This document shows positions 1-12,121 of a stretch of 64,000 nucleotides of DNA, in pieces. The position numbers were made by a program, and so were the translations under genes. The stretch spans positions 868,180 through 932,179 of the forward strand of contig JAQGDQ010000005.1 in assembly GCA_030141605.1 (NCBI GenBank), written 5' to 3'. This DNA is from Tubiluchus corallicola (lineage: Eukaryota > Animalia > Priapulida). Numbering within the stretch: the stretch's first letter is position 1; each line of letters begins with the position of its first letter. Below the pieces are notes generated by a model. The model saw nothing but the letters and a program-made list of their open reading frames with translations, was not told the DNA's origin and ran no database searches.

Positions 1-797
1 AGACTTTTCTTCACCATCACAAATTGTTCCGCTATACTTTGCTATTGGTCTCTGCCATACATCTGAAAATTCATTCTTTAAATTATTTTTTTCGCCTGCA
101 CACAGCACAGTTCAGCGCAACATACAATAGGACAACTAGATTTAGGGTTACTTACAGAAATCACAAGCGTGGCTCAGCCTTTCAAATCAGGTTAACAGCT
201 CACTTAGATCATTGGTCTTTTTGCAAAAATTAAATTCACTGGCCTTTTTGCAAAAAATGATCTTGTACGTATCACATATGTTTTACACATAATTACGTAG
301 TTCGATAATTTAGTAAAACGACGTATAACTGATTCCTGTGTACAAGTACTATTGGCGATTCGTACCACTGTTAGTGCCCCGTAATGGCATTTCATCTCAC
401 GTTTTCGAATTAAAAATACTACTGGCCATTTTCTACGACTATCTTCTGTATTTCTTTTCAGTGGCTTGGCAAGTCTGGCATGATAGCAGTGTCTAGATTT
501 TTCCAGATTATGTGCTGTGTTGATCTGTCTTGAAGGTAGATTTCTTTTTATTTTCGGATTTTTAGCATTTGTGCACTCAGTAATAGATATTGATGATGGA
601 CATGACTCTTCATTTTATGTTGAAGTGATGCTGACAAGCAATGCCATGGTGTTAACTGAAATAATTGCTGCGTTTATTTATCTTGAGGCCAGTTTTGTTT
701 TAGAATTCCACCTGCCTATGTTTGCAACACTTTACATAATCTACTTAAATCTATAAGGCATAATTGTGTTGACGATGAATTGCTGTGTTACAACAAG

Positions 798-1161
798 TAG
801 GGGTGAGCATCAGACATTTGATATTTTTAGTTCAAATTCGATTTGAACCTAAAATTACAGATTCCGATAATTCAGCACATCAACTACATATGTTCTTTAT
901 CATTAAAACATTTGAAACATTATGCAATCAGCACAATTTAACTGCAATTACCGTGCATAACTTCTAAGTGGATTATTAATGTTTTTACTGCAGAATAAAA
1001 TCAAGTATTATGCACGATCTTTGAGAGATTGTTTTTTTTATTAATGAGCCAGACATTTGTTCAAAAATCTTTAAAAGTGAATTCGATTCCGATTCGAAAT
1101 CTCGAAATTCGGTTTAATTTAGTTTCAAAAGTTTTAAAAAATTAATTACGATCATTCCTTA
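798..1161. mobile_element. Degenerate MITE-like repeat with ATTCG(A) subrepeats
   Basis: Starts TAGGGGTGAGC. Clusters of ttcgattcc/gattcgaa subrepeats lie near both ends (835-850, 1080-1125). The right terminus is only approximate. Confidence 0.3.
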
Positions 1162-1196
1162 GTTATACTTTGCCCAACGAAAGTGTTCCTTATGAT

Positions 1197-1675
1197 GTAG
1201 TACAACGTCGAAGCCGATACGGCTAAATCAGTATGAGTCAGATGTCCATGAAACCATCTCTTATCCATGACTTGAACCTTCTTGTGTATCCAAGCATCCG
1301 TCTTCTTCATCGAGTTTTTCGGCACAGTTGTTGACTAGGGATCTCCATGCAGGACGGTCGTGAAGCGAAGGAGAGGACGACCAACACTGCGAGAGCCACT
1401 GGTTAGTTCTCCATGAAGAAGGGCCTTTGTCGGTTTCTTATCGTTCATTCTGACCACATGCCCAAACCACCGAAGTTAACCTCGATATCTTCCATCTTGG
1501 CACGAGCCAGCACGTCTTCGTTTGGCACATAGTCGTCCCAGCGAATACGAAGGATGTGACGCAGATGTCTCTGCTGAACCGCATGAAGAGACCTGACCTG
1601 ATCTTGATAGAGCGTCCACGTTTCCTGACCATAGGTAAGCTGCGGAATGATGCATTGCTTGTGATGACACCCAAC
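1197..1675 (-). mobile_element. 5'-truncated RTE-clade non-LTR retrotransposon (end of RT ORF plus 3' UTR)
   Basis: Minus-strand translation gives KQCIIPQLTYGQETWTLYQDQVRSLHAVQQRHLRHILRIRWDDYVPNEDVLARAKMEDIEV, then after a frameshift RWFGHVVRMNDKKPTKALLHGELTSGS and DRPAWRSLV. These match the YGxETW / LRWxGHVxRM / DRxxWR motifs of RTE ORF C-termini. Confidence 0.85.
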
Positions 1676-2949
1676 AAATCAATCAAAATTTTCACATAAC
1701 TGCTACAACTAATTGTACAGTATACGACTGGATGTACAACAAAGTTATTAATAACTTTTTAAATTAAACACGGCCAATTATGATAAAGATTATTATTTCA
1801 AACTTTTCCCAATGTTGAATAAACCTGTTTCAATTGATTTACCTTTAAAATGGCTGTGCCTAACCATCACCGCCAGAGTTTATAATTACAAGTACTTTCA
1901 TACAACGTTACTGCTAATTAAAGCCCTGTATACAATGAAACAGCATGGATGAGATATAAAATTTCAGAAGGATTTTTTAAGCTTTATTTATTAAGTGTTT
2001 TTTCTTGCTCTTTAAACTGACAGACCTATCAACTCTTACACATTAAGTAAATGTCACACCCACATTTTGTCACACGTTTAATTTTGGAAGTTTCTGAAAA
2101 GAAAAGCTGACATCATTATGTCATTAGGTGAAGCTACTATAGAGAACCGTCCGTCACAGTTAGGAAATAATCGAATTTTTCTACCTTCAATAATCACTGC
2201 ATGAATAAAAAGTTGTTCGAAACCTTAAAGGAAGAACCAACTCTCGAACAACATTATTGCATTTTAATATACAATTCAAAATATTGAAATCACCCCACAA
2301 TATATGCATATAGAATGCATTGCTTAAAAATGTCAAAGACATTTATATATTTTTTATCTCCTGCCAAACGAACGTCGCTGCTGGCATATTTTGAAAAAAA
2401 TGACGTAAGCTGGTGAGCTCGTATAAGCGTGAATGCTGTGAATGCAAGCTGTGATGAAGGTACGCGTGCAAAATTTCTACAGTTCACTTGGAAGTTCAGT
2501 TATTCTAGCGTTATATTTAACTGAGTTTATGTAAAAATGAGTCATTTAATCAATTATGACCAAGGTTAAAGCTTTAACCCACAGGATTATATCGTAAAAT
2601 GTGTAAGCAGTATACGTTAATTGCGAAAATGTAATTAATTTACAAACTTTTGTTGACTTTCAGATACACATGTAAACTTAAAAGCATCGCTCTAGAGATC
2701 GCTCTATAAGTCAAAAAATGATTAGGAAAAAATGTCAAGCACTTGGCAGAATAACCGTTTATATTGCACGGTAACCAGATGATGCCATTTTTCACCAAAG
2801 CGTGAAGTGATCGCTAATTTACATTGAAATTATTAATTACAGTCACAGGAGCTTATCACAATTTCATTAGAATATTATTATTGTCAAATATTAGAATAAG
2901 CTCAACTGCTTATTATTTCGAATTGTGAATAGTTTATGATACAGAGAGC

Positions 2950-3255
2950 AAAATGGTGGTTCTTGGAAAAGAGAGGATCTTAACATTGAGCCAGACCACT
3001 CCTTAACTAACGAAGCGAAATTCCAGGATGCAGACGTCAGAAGAGTTGAGGAAGAAAAACGGAAAAATACTGGTCACACAGCTGCCAAGACGTGCGTAAG
3101 GAAAGGTGTGAGCAGCCATAGGTCAGGAAAAATAGGTACTTTATGGAGGGTCATGATTAGACTCGCATGAAAGTGTTTAGAAATGAGAGCAGTTAGATGC
3201 ACAGAACGTCGGGTTTTTACACACCAGAAAGGTCAGTTACCAATTCCAAGCATAA
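2950..3255 (-). mobile_element. Highly degraded CR1/L2-like LINE 3' remnant
   Basis: GC-richer block. The minus strand reads ...KTRRSVHLTALISKHFH...SASWNFASLVKEW, reminiscent of the RR...WN.L end of CR1/L2 ORF2. Many stops and frameshifts. Confidence 0.35.
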
Positions 3256-3386
3256 TTATAGCTGTTATACTGATATACAATTCGTATGTAGATATGCTGA
3301 ATAATGTGCTAATAAAGGGCTATCCAGCCAGCTAACCTGGGCTAAATAATGTGATGATCATTTAAATAAAAGTGGCTTCAAAGTAA

Positions 3387-3470
3387 GTAGTACAACGTCG
3401 AAGCCGATACGGCTAAATCAGTGCGAGTCAGATGTCCATGAAACCATCTCTTATCCACGACTTGAACCTT
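3387..3470 (-). mobile_element. Second, very short copy of the RTE 3' end
   Basis: 84 bp matching 1197-1280 at 81/84 positions. Confidence 0.85.
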
Positions 3471-4074
3471 ATTAGTATATTTTACTAATTGCACCAGACG
3501 CTTATCACACATACTTTTATTGTTAAATCCTTCTGACATTTTTCACGAACATTGAAATAAACCCATTGAAAGTTCGGTGAACGCTTGGCCTTACCAATGT
3601 AGCGCGTAATGCAATATGTAGAAGTTGGAAAAATTTTAGTTGTAGAAATAAATGCAACATGAATAAAAAATGCTTTTCCACACTGGTCAGAATCAGACTC
3701 AACTTTTCAAGATAGCGCGAATGCAATCAAACCGGCCAAGTTATTGTTACTGACGTGTCTCATTTAAAAAATGTTTTGATGTGCATTTTGAAGTTGTATG
3801 TAGTTATGGTCATATTTTAAATTAGGTTATGTAGCCATTCGTTGACTGTGTAAGCTCACAATTGTCATAGAAAAACTTTTATTGGTACATGCAATAAATA
3901 TAACTAAATATAGTAAATAGTTTATTTGTCGTTTTAATTCGGTAGATGAATCAATGATATTTGTTAATAAAAACGGGATGATGTGATGATTAATAAATTA
4001 CAAAAAATAATGCAGTGTTTACTGGCGAAATGGTGGTGGTGAAGAACAAAAAATTGCGCGATTGCATTTTTGCA

Positions 4075-4185
4075 ACTATTAGTATTACATAGTATTACTA
4101 TTATTAGTATTACAGTATTACTATTAGTATTAATTTTTTCTAGACTAGTACTACTACTAGTACTTTCTAGTAATAGTATTATTAT
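4075..4185. repeat. Degenerate (TAG/TAT/TAC)n microsatellite
   Basis: actattagtattacatagtattactattattagtatt... Confidence 0.7.
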
Positions 4186-4549
4186 TCATTTCTCCTGTAG
4201 GTCATTATTGCATTATTGTTACACCATCGGTAATCAAAGTCATAGAGTTCGTATCACAGTAAAGTTTATGGATGGGCCTTGGAGTCCTGTGATAAATTTC
4301 GTAAAAGCTTATCCACCATCAGGGTGTAACCCTAAAGTCACGTGACACACATGACAAAACTCAAAACTGTGTTTTACACTGCCTATACACAAATTAATCT
4401 GAAGCATCAACTGCCCAGTCAGTGATGCTGCAGTTTTTTTAAGCATTCTTATTTTATATATTATAAAGCGGGTTATTGTATTACAAGAAAAACATTTAAT
4501 GGCGATAAAAAATTAAAAATTAAGTAATTTGATTAGCAGCGATATCATG

Positions 4550-4755
4550 GGTATCATTATCATCATCACTAATGTCATCATTACCTTGGTTAATTAATTT
4601 TGACATCTTTCTCATTATCTTCACACATGTTGCTCAAATGTCATTGCCACTATTATTATGTTACCATCTTTTATCATCATCGTCGCCATCAGTATCATTA
4701 CCATCATTGTTACCATCATCATCATTTTCATCACCACCACCTCATCATCATTATA
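4550..4755. repeat. Degenerate (CAT/CAC)n microsatellite
   Basis: catcatcac/catcatcgt runs; these produce the His- and Ser-rich ORFs in the track. Confidence 0.75.
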
Positions 4756-5152
4756 GTAAACTTAGCAGTATACACATTGATGAGGTGTACTTTAATCAAT
4801 ATAATTGCATCATAATGAAGCCAAGTATAAGCAAAGATGAAACTGGAGCTTGAAAGTACACGGTTGCTACTATCCACACTGTCTTTTAAGACCGACACAT
4901 ATGCCGTTGATGCGCACACACAGACATGTTTTACATAATTATGACCCATTTTGCGCAATTATGGTGGTATAAAGCTATACAATCTCTTAAAGTCGCATTC
5001 ATAAACTAACTTAACCTTTGCAACAGCCATGGGCCGTCTGAACTGAACTCAGAACATTGGGTTAGTTACACAAAATGGGGGGGGGGGGTAATGCAGTACC
5101 TTCCAATGTAATATGCTAGTGACACTCAACGTTAGCTCGCATACTCTCAATA

Positions 5153-5648
5153 CAGTAAACTCCGCATACCTCAATTCCAGTCGAATCGAAAAAAACTTTG
5201 AGTTAAGCGATCTTGACCATTTCCAGCATAGAAACTCTAAGCCTTCTCTAGACAGTGAGCTAAATAGAAGGCAGAAAGTCAACCCTTCTATACATAAACA
5301 ATGAGATTTGATGACAATTACATAAAGAATGACAAATTATGTAGTGAAACACGATTTTTTTTATGTCACAAAACACACATCCACACGAGTTTTAAGCAAT
5401 ATGACACTGGGGCTAGGGTATAAATTGCATTTTGAGTTAGGCAAAGTAAATTACATATGTTTTGATTGAATGGATCATAATTTTTTATTTGAGCTAAGCT
5501 GTTTATGTTTGAGTTTATGTGAATAGGTTGAAATTTTGGGTTAAACAATGTCTTTTTGTGGGAAAAATGAAGGATTTCATCCATTCCACTAAAATTCTTT
5601 GAGGCGAAAATTTGAGTTATGCGATTTTGAGTTACATGGTGTTTACTG
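5153..5648. mobile_element. Tigger/pogo-like (Tc1-mariner) MITE
   Basis: TA|CAGTAAACTCCGCATACCTCAA ... TTGAGTTACATGGTGTTTACTG|TA: imperfect TIRs with CAGT ends and TA duplication. Confidence 0.7.
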
Positions 5649-5847
5649 TAGCATGCAAATGGTAAACGATCGTACATCACATCTAAAAGCTAGATAAGCG
5701 GTGTAGGTCTGAAAATCTATGTTCCAGAGGGCTCGGCGCATCTTTAGACATTTTATTGTCTAGACTAAAATTCAAAATGGTTTCTGCTGTATGTAATTTA
5801 AATAAGATTTCACCATAAAAAGTGCTTTTTTATTGGGTATTCATAAT

Positions 5848-6567
5848 CAGGTGTGGAGTTGATTACGGTCAGAAAATTCGATTATGCCTCAATTACAACG
5901 CCGTGATTATGATTACAATGGAAAAGTGACAATTATAATTACGATCATGATTACATGAATAACTAAAAGATTATAATTACCATTTAATAAATTATTCTGT
6001 TTAAAACAAAGAGAAAGGGCTGTATCATTTGACAGTTTTCGATATACTGTTATTTGTTTACCTGCCACAGGCACCATGAATGGTGGAATGTATGATGTAG
6101 GGCTTAGTTTTCACCATTTCAGTGCAGAATAAAACTAAAGTAAAAACATTTTAACATAGCTATGTTAATATAAAAGTGATTTCAACTTATATTAGTATGC
6201 CTACTCTAATAGCAAATCAGAAAACTTAACTCATATTATGTCTGTCATTTACTATGTTTTAGTTTCTCAGTGTGTATTTTATTCTGTTCTATATTTGTAC
6301 ATCCTTAATTTTGAAAGGTTTTACTTGTGACAACGCATCAACACTTATGATTATTTATGACATATATTAGCACAAGCGTTAGCATAAATTTAATAAAACA
6401 TGGCATTATTCTTTGTAAATCCATTACATAAAATGATTGCATTGATTTACTAAACTAGATTATGATTACAATCACAATTTGTTGATTTTTATAAAATCGA
6501 TTATGAAAATGATTACAGTTACTTCAAAATTTGTAATAGATTATGATTGTAATCAGCCACAGGTCTG
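5848..6567. mobile_element. hAT-like MITE with GATTAC subterminal repeats
   Basis: Ends are CAGGTGTGGAGTTGATTAC and GTAATCAGCCACAGGTCTG. Many gattac/gattat repeats near both ends. Flanks ttcataat/atcatact match at 6/8 (8-bp TSD). Confidence 0.65.
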
Positions 6568-7232
6568 ATCATACTTGATACAGCTACAGTACCATCAAAA
6601 GCCTTGGGAAAACCTAAGCTGTCTTAAGTATGAATAAGTAAGTTCACTCCAAGTAGATTAATAAGTGTAGTTAGTAAGCACAAATTGATTGCAATTTTCT
6701 TGTCTCAGTTTTTAATTTATGTTTAAGACTTTGTAAAATCGAAGACATTTTGCTAAGTGTCTGTCTGGCTTCTTCAGAAGTTGTAAAATAAAATTTTATG
6801 ATTAACAGTGTAGATAAAATAAATACATTATTTTAGATAAGGTAAATTTTTTAATTTAGATAATTAATATTGCTGTACCTGTAGTGTAATATCCTAATAT
6901 AACAATTGAAAAAATATAGCGTTATTTTTTTGTCTAAACTATCCTAATTGTAATATTTTATTTTACGTACTAATAGCCAATTATAATATTTTATTTACAT
7001 GATTTTACATATTGGTGCCAAATATTTAGTGAAACATATTATGCCTGATCTTAGGTAAATATAACCAAATTGTCTATAATCTGAATTTAACGATTATACA
7101 ACAAAAGTTAAGCAGTGATTTTTATCTGATTACAGCAGAAAATTTGCAGAAATAGATTGTACATATTTTAACTGCAGTGCAATCGGAATCCAGTTGTCCT
7201 CAATAATTGATTAGTTATTGACAATGTCCAAT

Positions 7233-10200
7233 ATGGTACTACTGACCATGATAGCTAGAGTTGCTGATGGTCTTCCTTTGTGTGCATCAATACAAGAAGA
7301 CGAACAGGTAGGTAACTTCAGAATATCGTTTATGTTTTTTGAATCTGTTTTAGAACATCTTTGAAACATTAGACTGCAGCACATTGTGTGGTATCTCTTG
7401 ATGTAAGAATCACTGACCAATATATTTCTGAGATGTGAAATTTTTAAAATGTGGCATTTGACGTGTCAAGCTGCAGAGGTTTAACCTTGAGCAGCAAATT
7501 GTTTACAACTTCTGCATGTGAAAATACTATTGATTATTCTCTATTCTGTATTGGTGCCATTTATTGCAAACAGTTTGTTGGTAAGGTTATGCCCTCATTG
7601 CTCTAACGACTAGTTGCTCAAAGAACCCAGTTGACTAGCCGTCAAAACAAATTAAAGAAAACTCGCAAATGTTACAATATTTAACTCCGTTTGTTTTACA
7701 GACTGGAAGAAATCTGGTGGAGCATCAAAATCAAGCAAAAATGTTGTTCAGGAAAATTAATGAGCAGTCACCTGTCAGGTGTAGCATCGAAACAGGACCA
7801 TACATATTTCAGTAAGCGAAAGCTTTTATCTGAGCACAAAAACTATACATGCTTTGCATGCAGAACTAGCTGCTAAAAGCACGTGCATCTAAGCTTCACT
7901 AGAATTTCCGTGACAGTTCGATTGGTATTCCTACATGTGTATTCTTCCTTGAATATACTTCTGAATTTTGTTGAAGTTGTTGCGCACAATATATGAAATA
8001 CTGTTTTTGTTGGAGGTGTGCCAGTAGAAATGTTCATTGATCTCGAAGAAAGTTACAAGCATTTGTTTTCAGATTTTTTTGTCTACTTTGCAGCTATTTA
8101 ATGGATAGTGGTGTCTGCTACCTCGTCCTGTGTGAAAAGACATTTTCTAGAAGAACAGCATTTGCTTTTTTAGAAGACATTCAAACAGAATTTTATAGCC
8201 AGTATGGTCAAAGAGTCGGAGTTGTTGCGAGGCCCTACAGCTTTATTGAATTTGGTAAGTATTGTAACACAATGGCCAAAGTAGTGGCTAAACTCACTGT
8301 ATTCCAGAAATTACTTACCTACTTGCCATGGGTGCTGCTAGAGTTTAAAAAATTGATGCACAAGAGCTAGGGGGTCTGGAGGAACGCTGTAAGCTCCAAC
8401 ACATTTTCATGTATTTAAGAACACTTTGGAGGCCTCAAATGAGATGGTACATTAGATGGTACTATAAATTCTCGTAGATAGACTTCCTCAAATGTGAAAA
8501 ATTCTGCTTTAATAAATATATATTACCTATATTTATCTAGGTAATATTCATTGTATTCTCTTGTAGTAGTCATATACCTTAAACTCAAGTTCGTAACACA
8601 CTGCTGCGGGTGAATCATTACTTAAGCTCAATTTATTTAGTGTCAACTTTATCTCTCTAGCAAAATGTGGAAACATAAAACTGATTTGAGACTATTAAGT
8701 TTACAGTCCACCCACTGTTCATACAAAATTTAATAAGTTTGCATACGTACTAATTTTTCCTACTGGACACAGCTAAACAGTGGAATGTCTCGGCCACACA
8801 TGCATTTTAAACCATTTTGCGGTTGCTAGAAGCTTTTTCCTCAAGTAAGTTCATTAGTTAAAAACTCGTTATTGCTCATACAAACAAGGGTTGATGTTTT
8901 TATTGGTTTACTGCTAAAAATTTTATTGATTTAAGAAATTTTGTGGAGTCACATGCAGCCGCCTGCCAGAGCCCGTGCTACTTACCACTGGTTGAGTTTC
9001 TGACCATTTTGGTTCTACCAACAGTTAGGGACCTTAAATGAGCTGTCTGTAAAGTCTGTATTGTCCCTCATCTTCACTTTCTTTCTGGGATGGTTGAGGC
9101 CTGTTTGGTAGCTTTCAGGCTAATTTCTTTCATTATCCATTATTCCATTAAACATTCTTTCTCTGAGTGTATAGTGATTTCAGAATGGAGCCATTACTGT
9201 GGAAACAGTTTTTTCCATAGTATTTTTCATGTGTTTTATAATTATTTACTTTTGACATTGAAGATTATGGTTGGCGAGTTTTTGATGCTTTGTATAGATA
9301 TGAGAGGTCAGTTTTTAGAGACTGCTGCCCCAGATAATTGTTTCTCCAGTTTAACTTAAACCCTTTTTCCTATTGCTGCAATCGTGCTTATTAAAAAATA
9401 CTTGTGTTTATCATTGACACATTTTGTTCACGCTGAATGTGTGTTATACATAAAATGTGTTTTAGCTACAAATGACACCTGCATTATTTTCGCATTCTAA
9501 TATATATACTATTCCGTATTATTTACTAATTTCACCAAATTAATAAATCCAGACCATTTCTTAGAAAAAATAATAATAAAATTTTAAACATTCAGGCAAT
9601 TCCGGAATAAATTCAGAAAAAGTAAAGCTCATTTTTGGAAATGCTTAGTGCGACTCAGTCAGGGATTTTAATCAAAAGAACACAAACTCGCTAAGTACAC
9701 CTATCCACACACTATTACACCACGTTCAGAGTCATCAGGAGGAATCTGCCAGGATTCTGAATTTGGCCTCCTCCTCCTATCAGTCCTCAAACCGGGCCAG
9801 GCGTGGTCAGATGCACAACCCACTCAAACTAACTTACCTAAACAGAATAACATATCAAAAGAAAGACAAATATAAAATGTAAAAAACAAAGCTTAAAAAA
9901 TGAAAAATGAAGTACCATAAAAAAGTAACCCTTCTTTTGTCAACTGTGTCCTTAGCTTCTGCCAAGTAACATAGTAACAAAGTAAGAAATTTTGTTTATT
10001 CCAGACACATATATACAAAAGGCAAAAAAGAGTTTTACGGATTCACGATCGAGGCGGAATTTGGGAACTATTAACAATGAATTGCAAGACGTGCAGCGTA
10101 TTATGGTGCAAAATATTGATGACGTTTTACAACGAGGTGAAGCATTAAGCGGTAAGATACTACTTCAGTTTTAAAAAATGTCCTTGTTTTGTATTCTGAA

Positions 10201-11248
10201 AAAGTATAATTCACAATTTTGCCTAGCTTCAGGAATAGTTCAAATTTTGCTCTCATATGTAAATTAACACTTCTTTTGTAAGTATTAGGTGATGGTAATC
10301 AATGTTTTCACAATTGTTTTGCCTAGAAATGTCATTTGTAAGCTAACATAAGGACATTAGCGTTTTTTACCATTTTTGCAAGAAGCCTTGGTGACAGTAT
10401 GTAAATGCTGACAGTTCTGAATAGTGCCTTTACCTGTGTATACATGACAATACAGTAAACCTTCGTTATTACTGATCCCATTGTAACAAGTTTCAGATAC
10501 AAAGAACTATTTTTATTGTCCTGTTTATTCTGGTTACAACATATAATTCTGCTGTAATGATGGAATTTGTCTAGACGGGGACCTCAGATTGGCTGCATAT
10601 CAAATACTGTTAGTATGAGGCATGATGAGTAACCTCCAGAGCATTTAATTATTATTCGTTTATCTGTCTATGTATTGTTTATTATAACACAGCTTCACAG
10701 GTATATGTATACTATGTTTATTGAGTTTCGTACAGTTTACTGTTTTTCCCATTTAACTTGTACTGTAGCCATATCACCTGGTTAATGAGACTGTTGTGGT
10801 TGAGATTGAGATTATTCTGCCTTTACTCCTCACTATTGGTTAACTGTAACAAGTGTTTTCTTTATCATACATATATATATTTAAAAAAATGCTTTTACAT
10901 ACATATATGTTAAAAAATGCTCGCAGATGGTGTTTAGCATTTCTTACCTTACATAGCACAATATCGGAATATTTTCTATGTGTTAGCTATTACAAATCGA
11001 ATGGAAGTGCCGTATATAGCTATTCAACATGCTAATTTTCATTTTCTACTTTCTTTCTGACATTCACTTAAAAACTCTCATTTTTTCTTTCAGCCTTAGA
11101 TGATAAAGCTGGCAACTTGGTCACCATGTCACAACAGTACAAGAAAGATGCCCGTTATTTAAATTTGAGATCCAGTTATGCAAAAATAGGTGCCATCATT
11201 GTCATCATTGTCATTTTTCTGCTTCTAGTCAGGTATTTCATTTTCTAG
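7233..11248 (+). CDS. SEC22B: Vesicle-trafficking R-SNARE Sec22b (longin domain, SNARE motif, C-terminal TM); 5 coding exons
   Basis: Exons 7233-7307, 7702-7811, 8094-8254, 10005-10151, 11094-11248, all GT-AG and phase-consistent; an in-frame upstream ATG lies at 7224. Spliced protein: [25 protein letters not shown]...[17 protein letters not shown]...[31 protein letters not shown]...[10 protein letters not shown] + TM, closely matching metazoan Sec22b. Confidence 0.97.
8327..8977. mobile_element. hAT-like MITE in SEC22B intron 3
   Basis: Ends are CATGGGTGCTGCTAG and CTGCCAGAGCCCGTG (imperfect TIR). Flanks ctacttgc/ctacttac match at 7/8 (8-bp TSD). Confidence 0.65.
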
Positions 11249-11545
11249 TGTGAATTTATTCCGGTTAAGTTAACTTTCCTCTGCTGTTACGCGAATTTAT
11301 ACATTCATACCTTGTGATTATTGAATTATTTTGCACAGTACTGTAATATATACTGAGGGTGACTTTGTGTCCATGTATATTTATTATAAAAGTATTTTCT
11401 TAAGTGTGCAGTGGTGAGTCCACTTCTGTATAGAAATATGAGGAAGTTAGGGTTAATATGTTATAACAAGGGTCAATAGATAAGTGTTGTCCTGGATTTA
11501 ATGAGTACCTTAACTATCGTTGTAATTCCGGTTTTGCGTAATGTA

Positions 11546-12121
11546 CAGTGAACTACATATAACTCGAATACCTCGGGGACCGGTAAATTTGTTCGAGTTA
11601 TGTGAGGGTGCGAGTTAGACAATGTTTGTAAAAAAAGCAAGAATGACCTGCTTATCAATGCGATACACTACAGACTGTGAATATGACAAACTGAACCTTT
11701 AATCAAATATCAAACAACAGTTTTTATGAATAATCAAAAATAAAATGACTGGTCCACCTCTATTGTCTAAGTAGCATGGTTAATAGAATTCGGCTATAAT
11801 AATTTGTATTCACTGTTCTGCTAAGATAATACAAGAAAACTTAGCATTTTTGCTGAAACTAGCAGTTAAAATCGTAATGTGGTGTACACTTTCGCTTAGG
11901 ATTTCACTCTTGAGAGGTTGTTCGAGATAGGCGGGGGAATTTCAGTTAGATTCGTTTGAATTGTACGGTGTATTTGGTTTGAGTTACGCAATAATTCGAG
12001 TTATAGATTTCGAGTTATGCGATGTTTGGGAAAAATAAGAATGAAAGGGAAATCCCACGAGATTTGTTCGAGATACACAAGAATTGGAGTTATAATGAGT
12101 CGAATTATACGTAGTTTACTA
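11546..12121. mobile_element. Tigger/pogo-like MITE downstream of the SEC22B stop
   Basis: TA|CAGTGAACTACATATAACTCGA ... TCGAATTATACGTAGTTTACTA, with ttcgagtta subrepeats at both ends. Confidence 0.7.

Noticed and set aside
4572-4853. His-rich and Ser-rich ORFs
   Set aside because: Translations of a (CAT)n microsatellite.
9690-9830. Hammerhead ribozyme or C/D snoRNA (CTGATGA on the minus strand near 9735)
   Set aside because: No stem II followed by GAAA, and it is antisense to the host intron. The other CTGANGA hits I checked also lacked a core.
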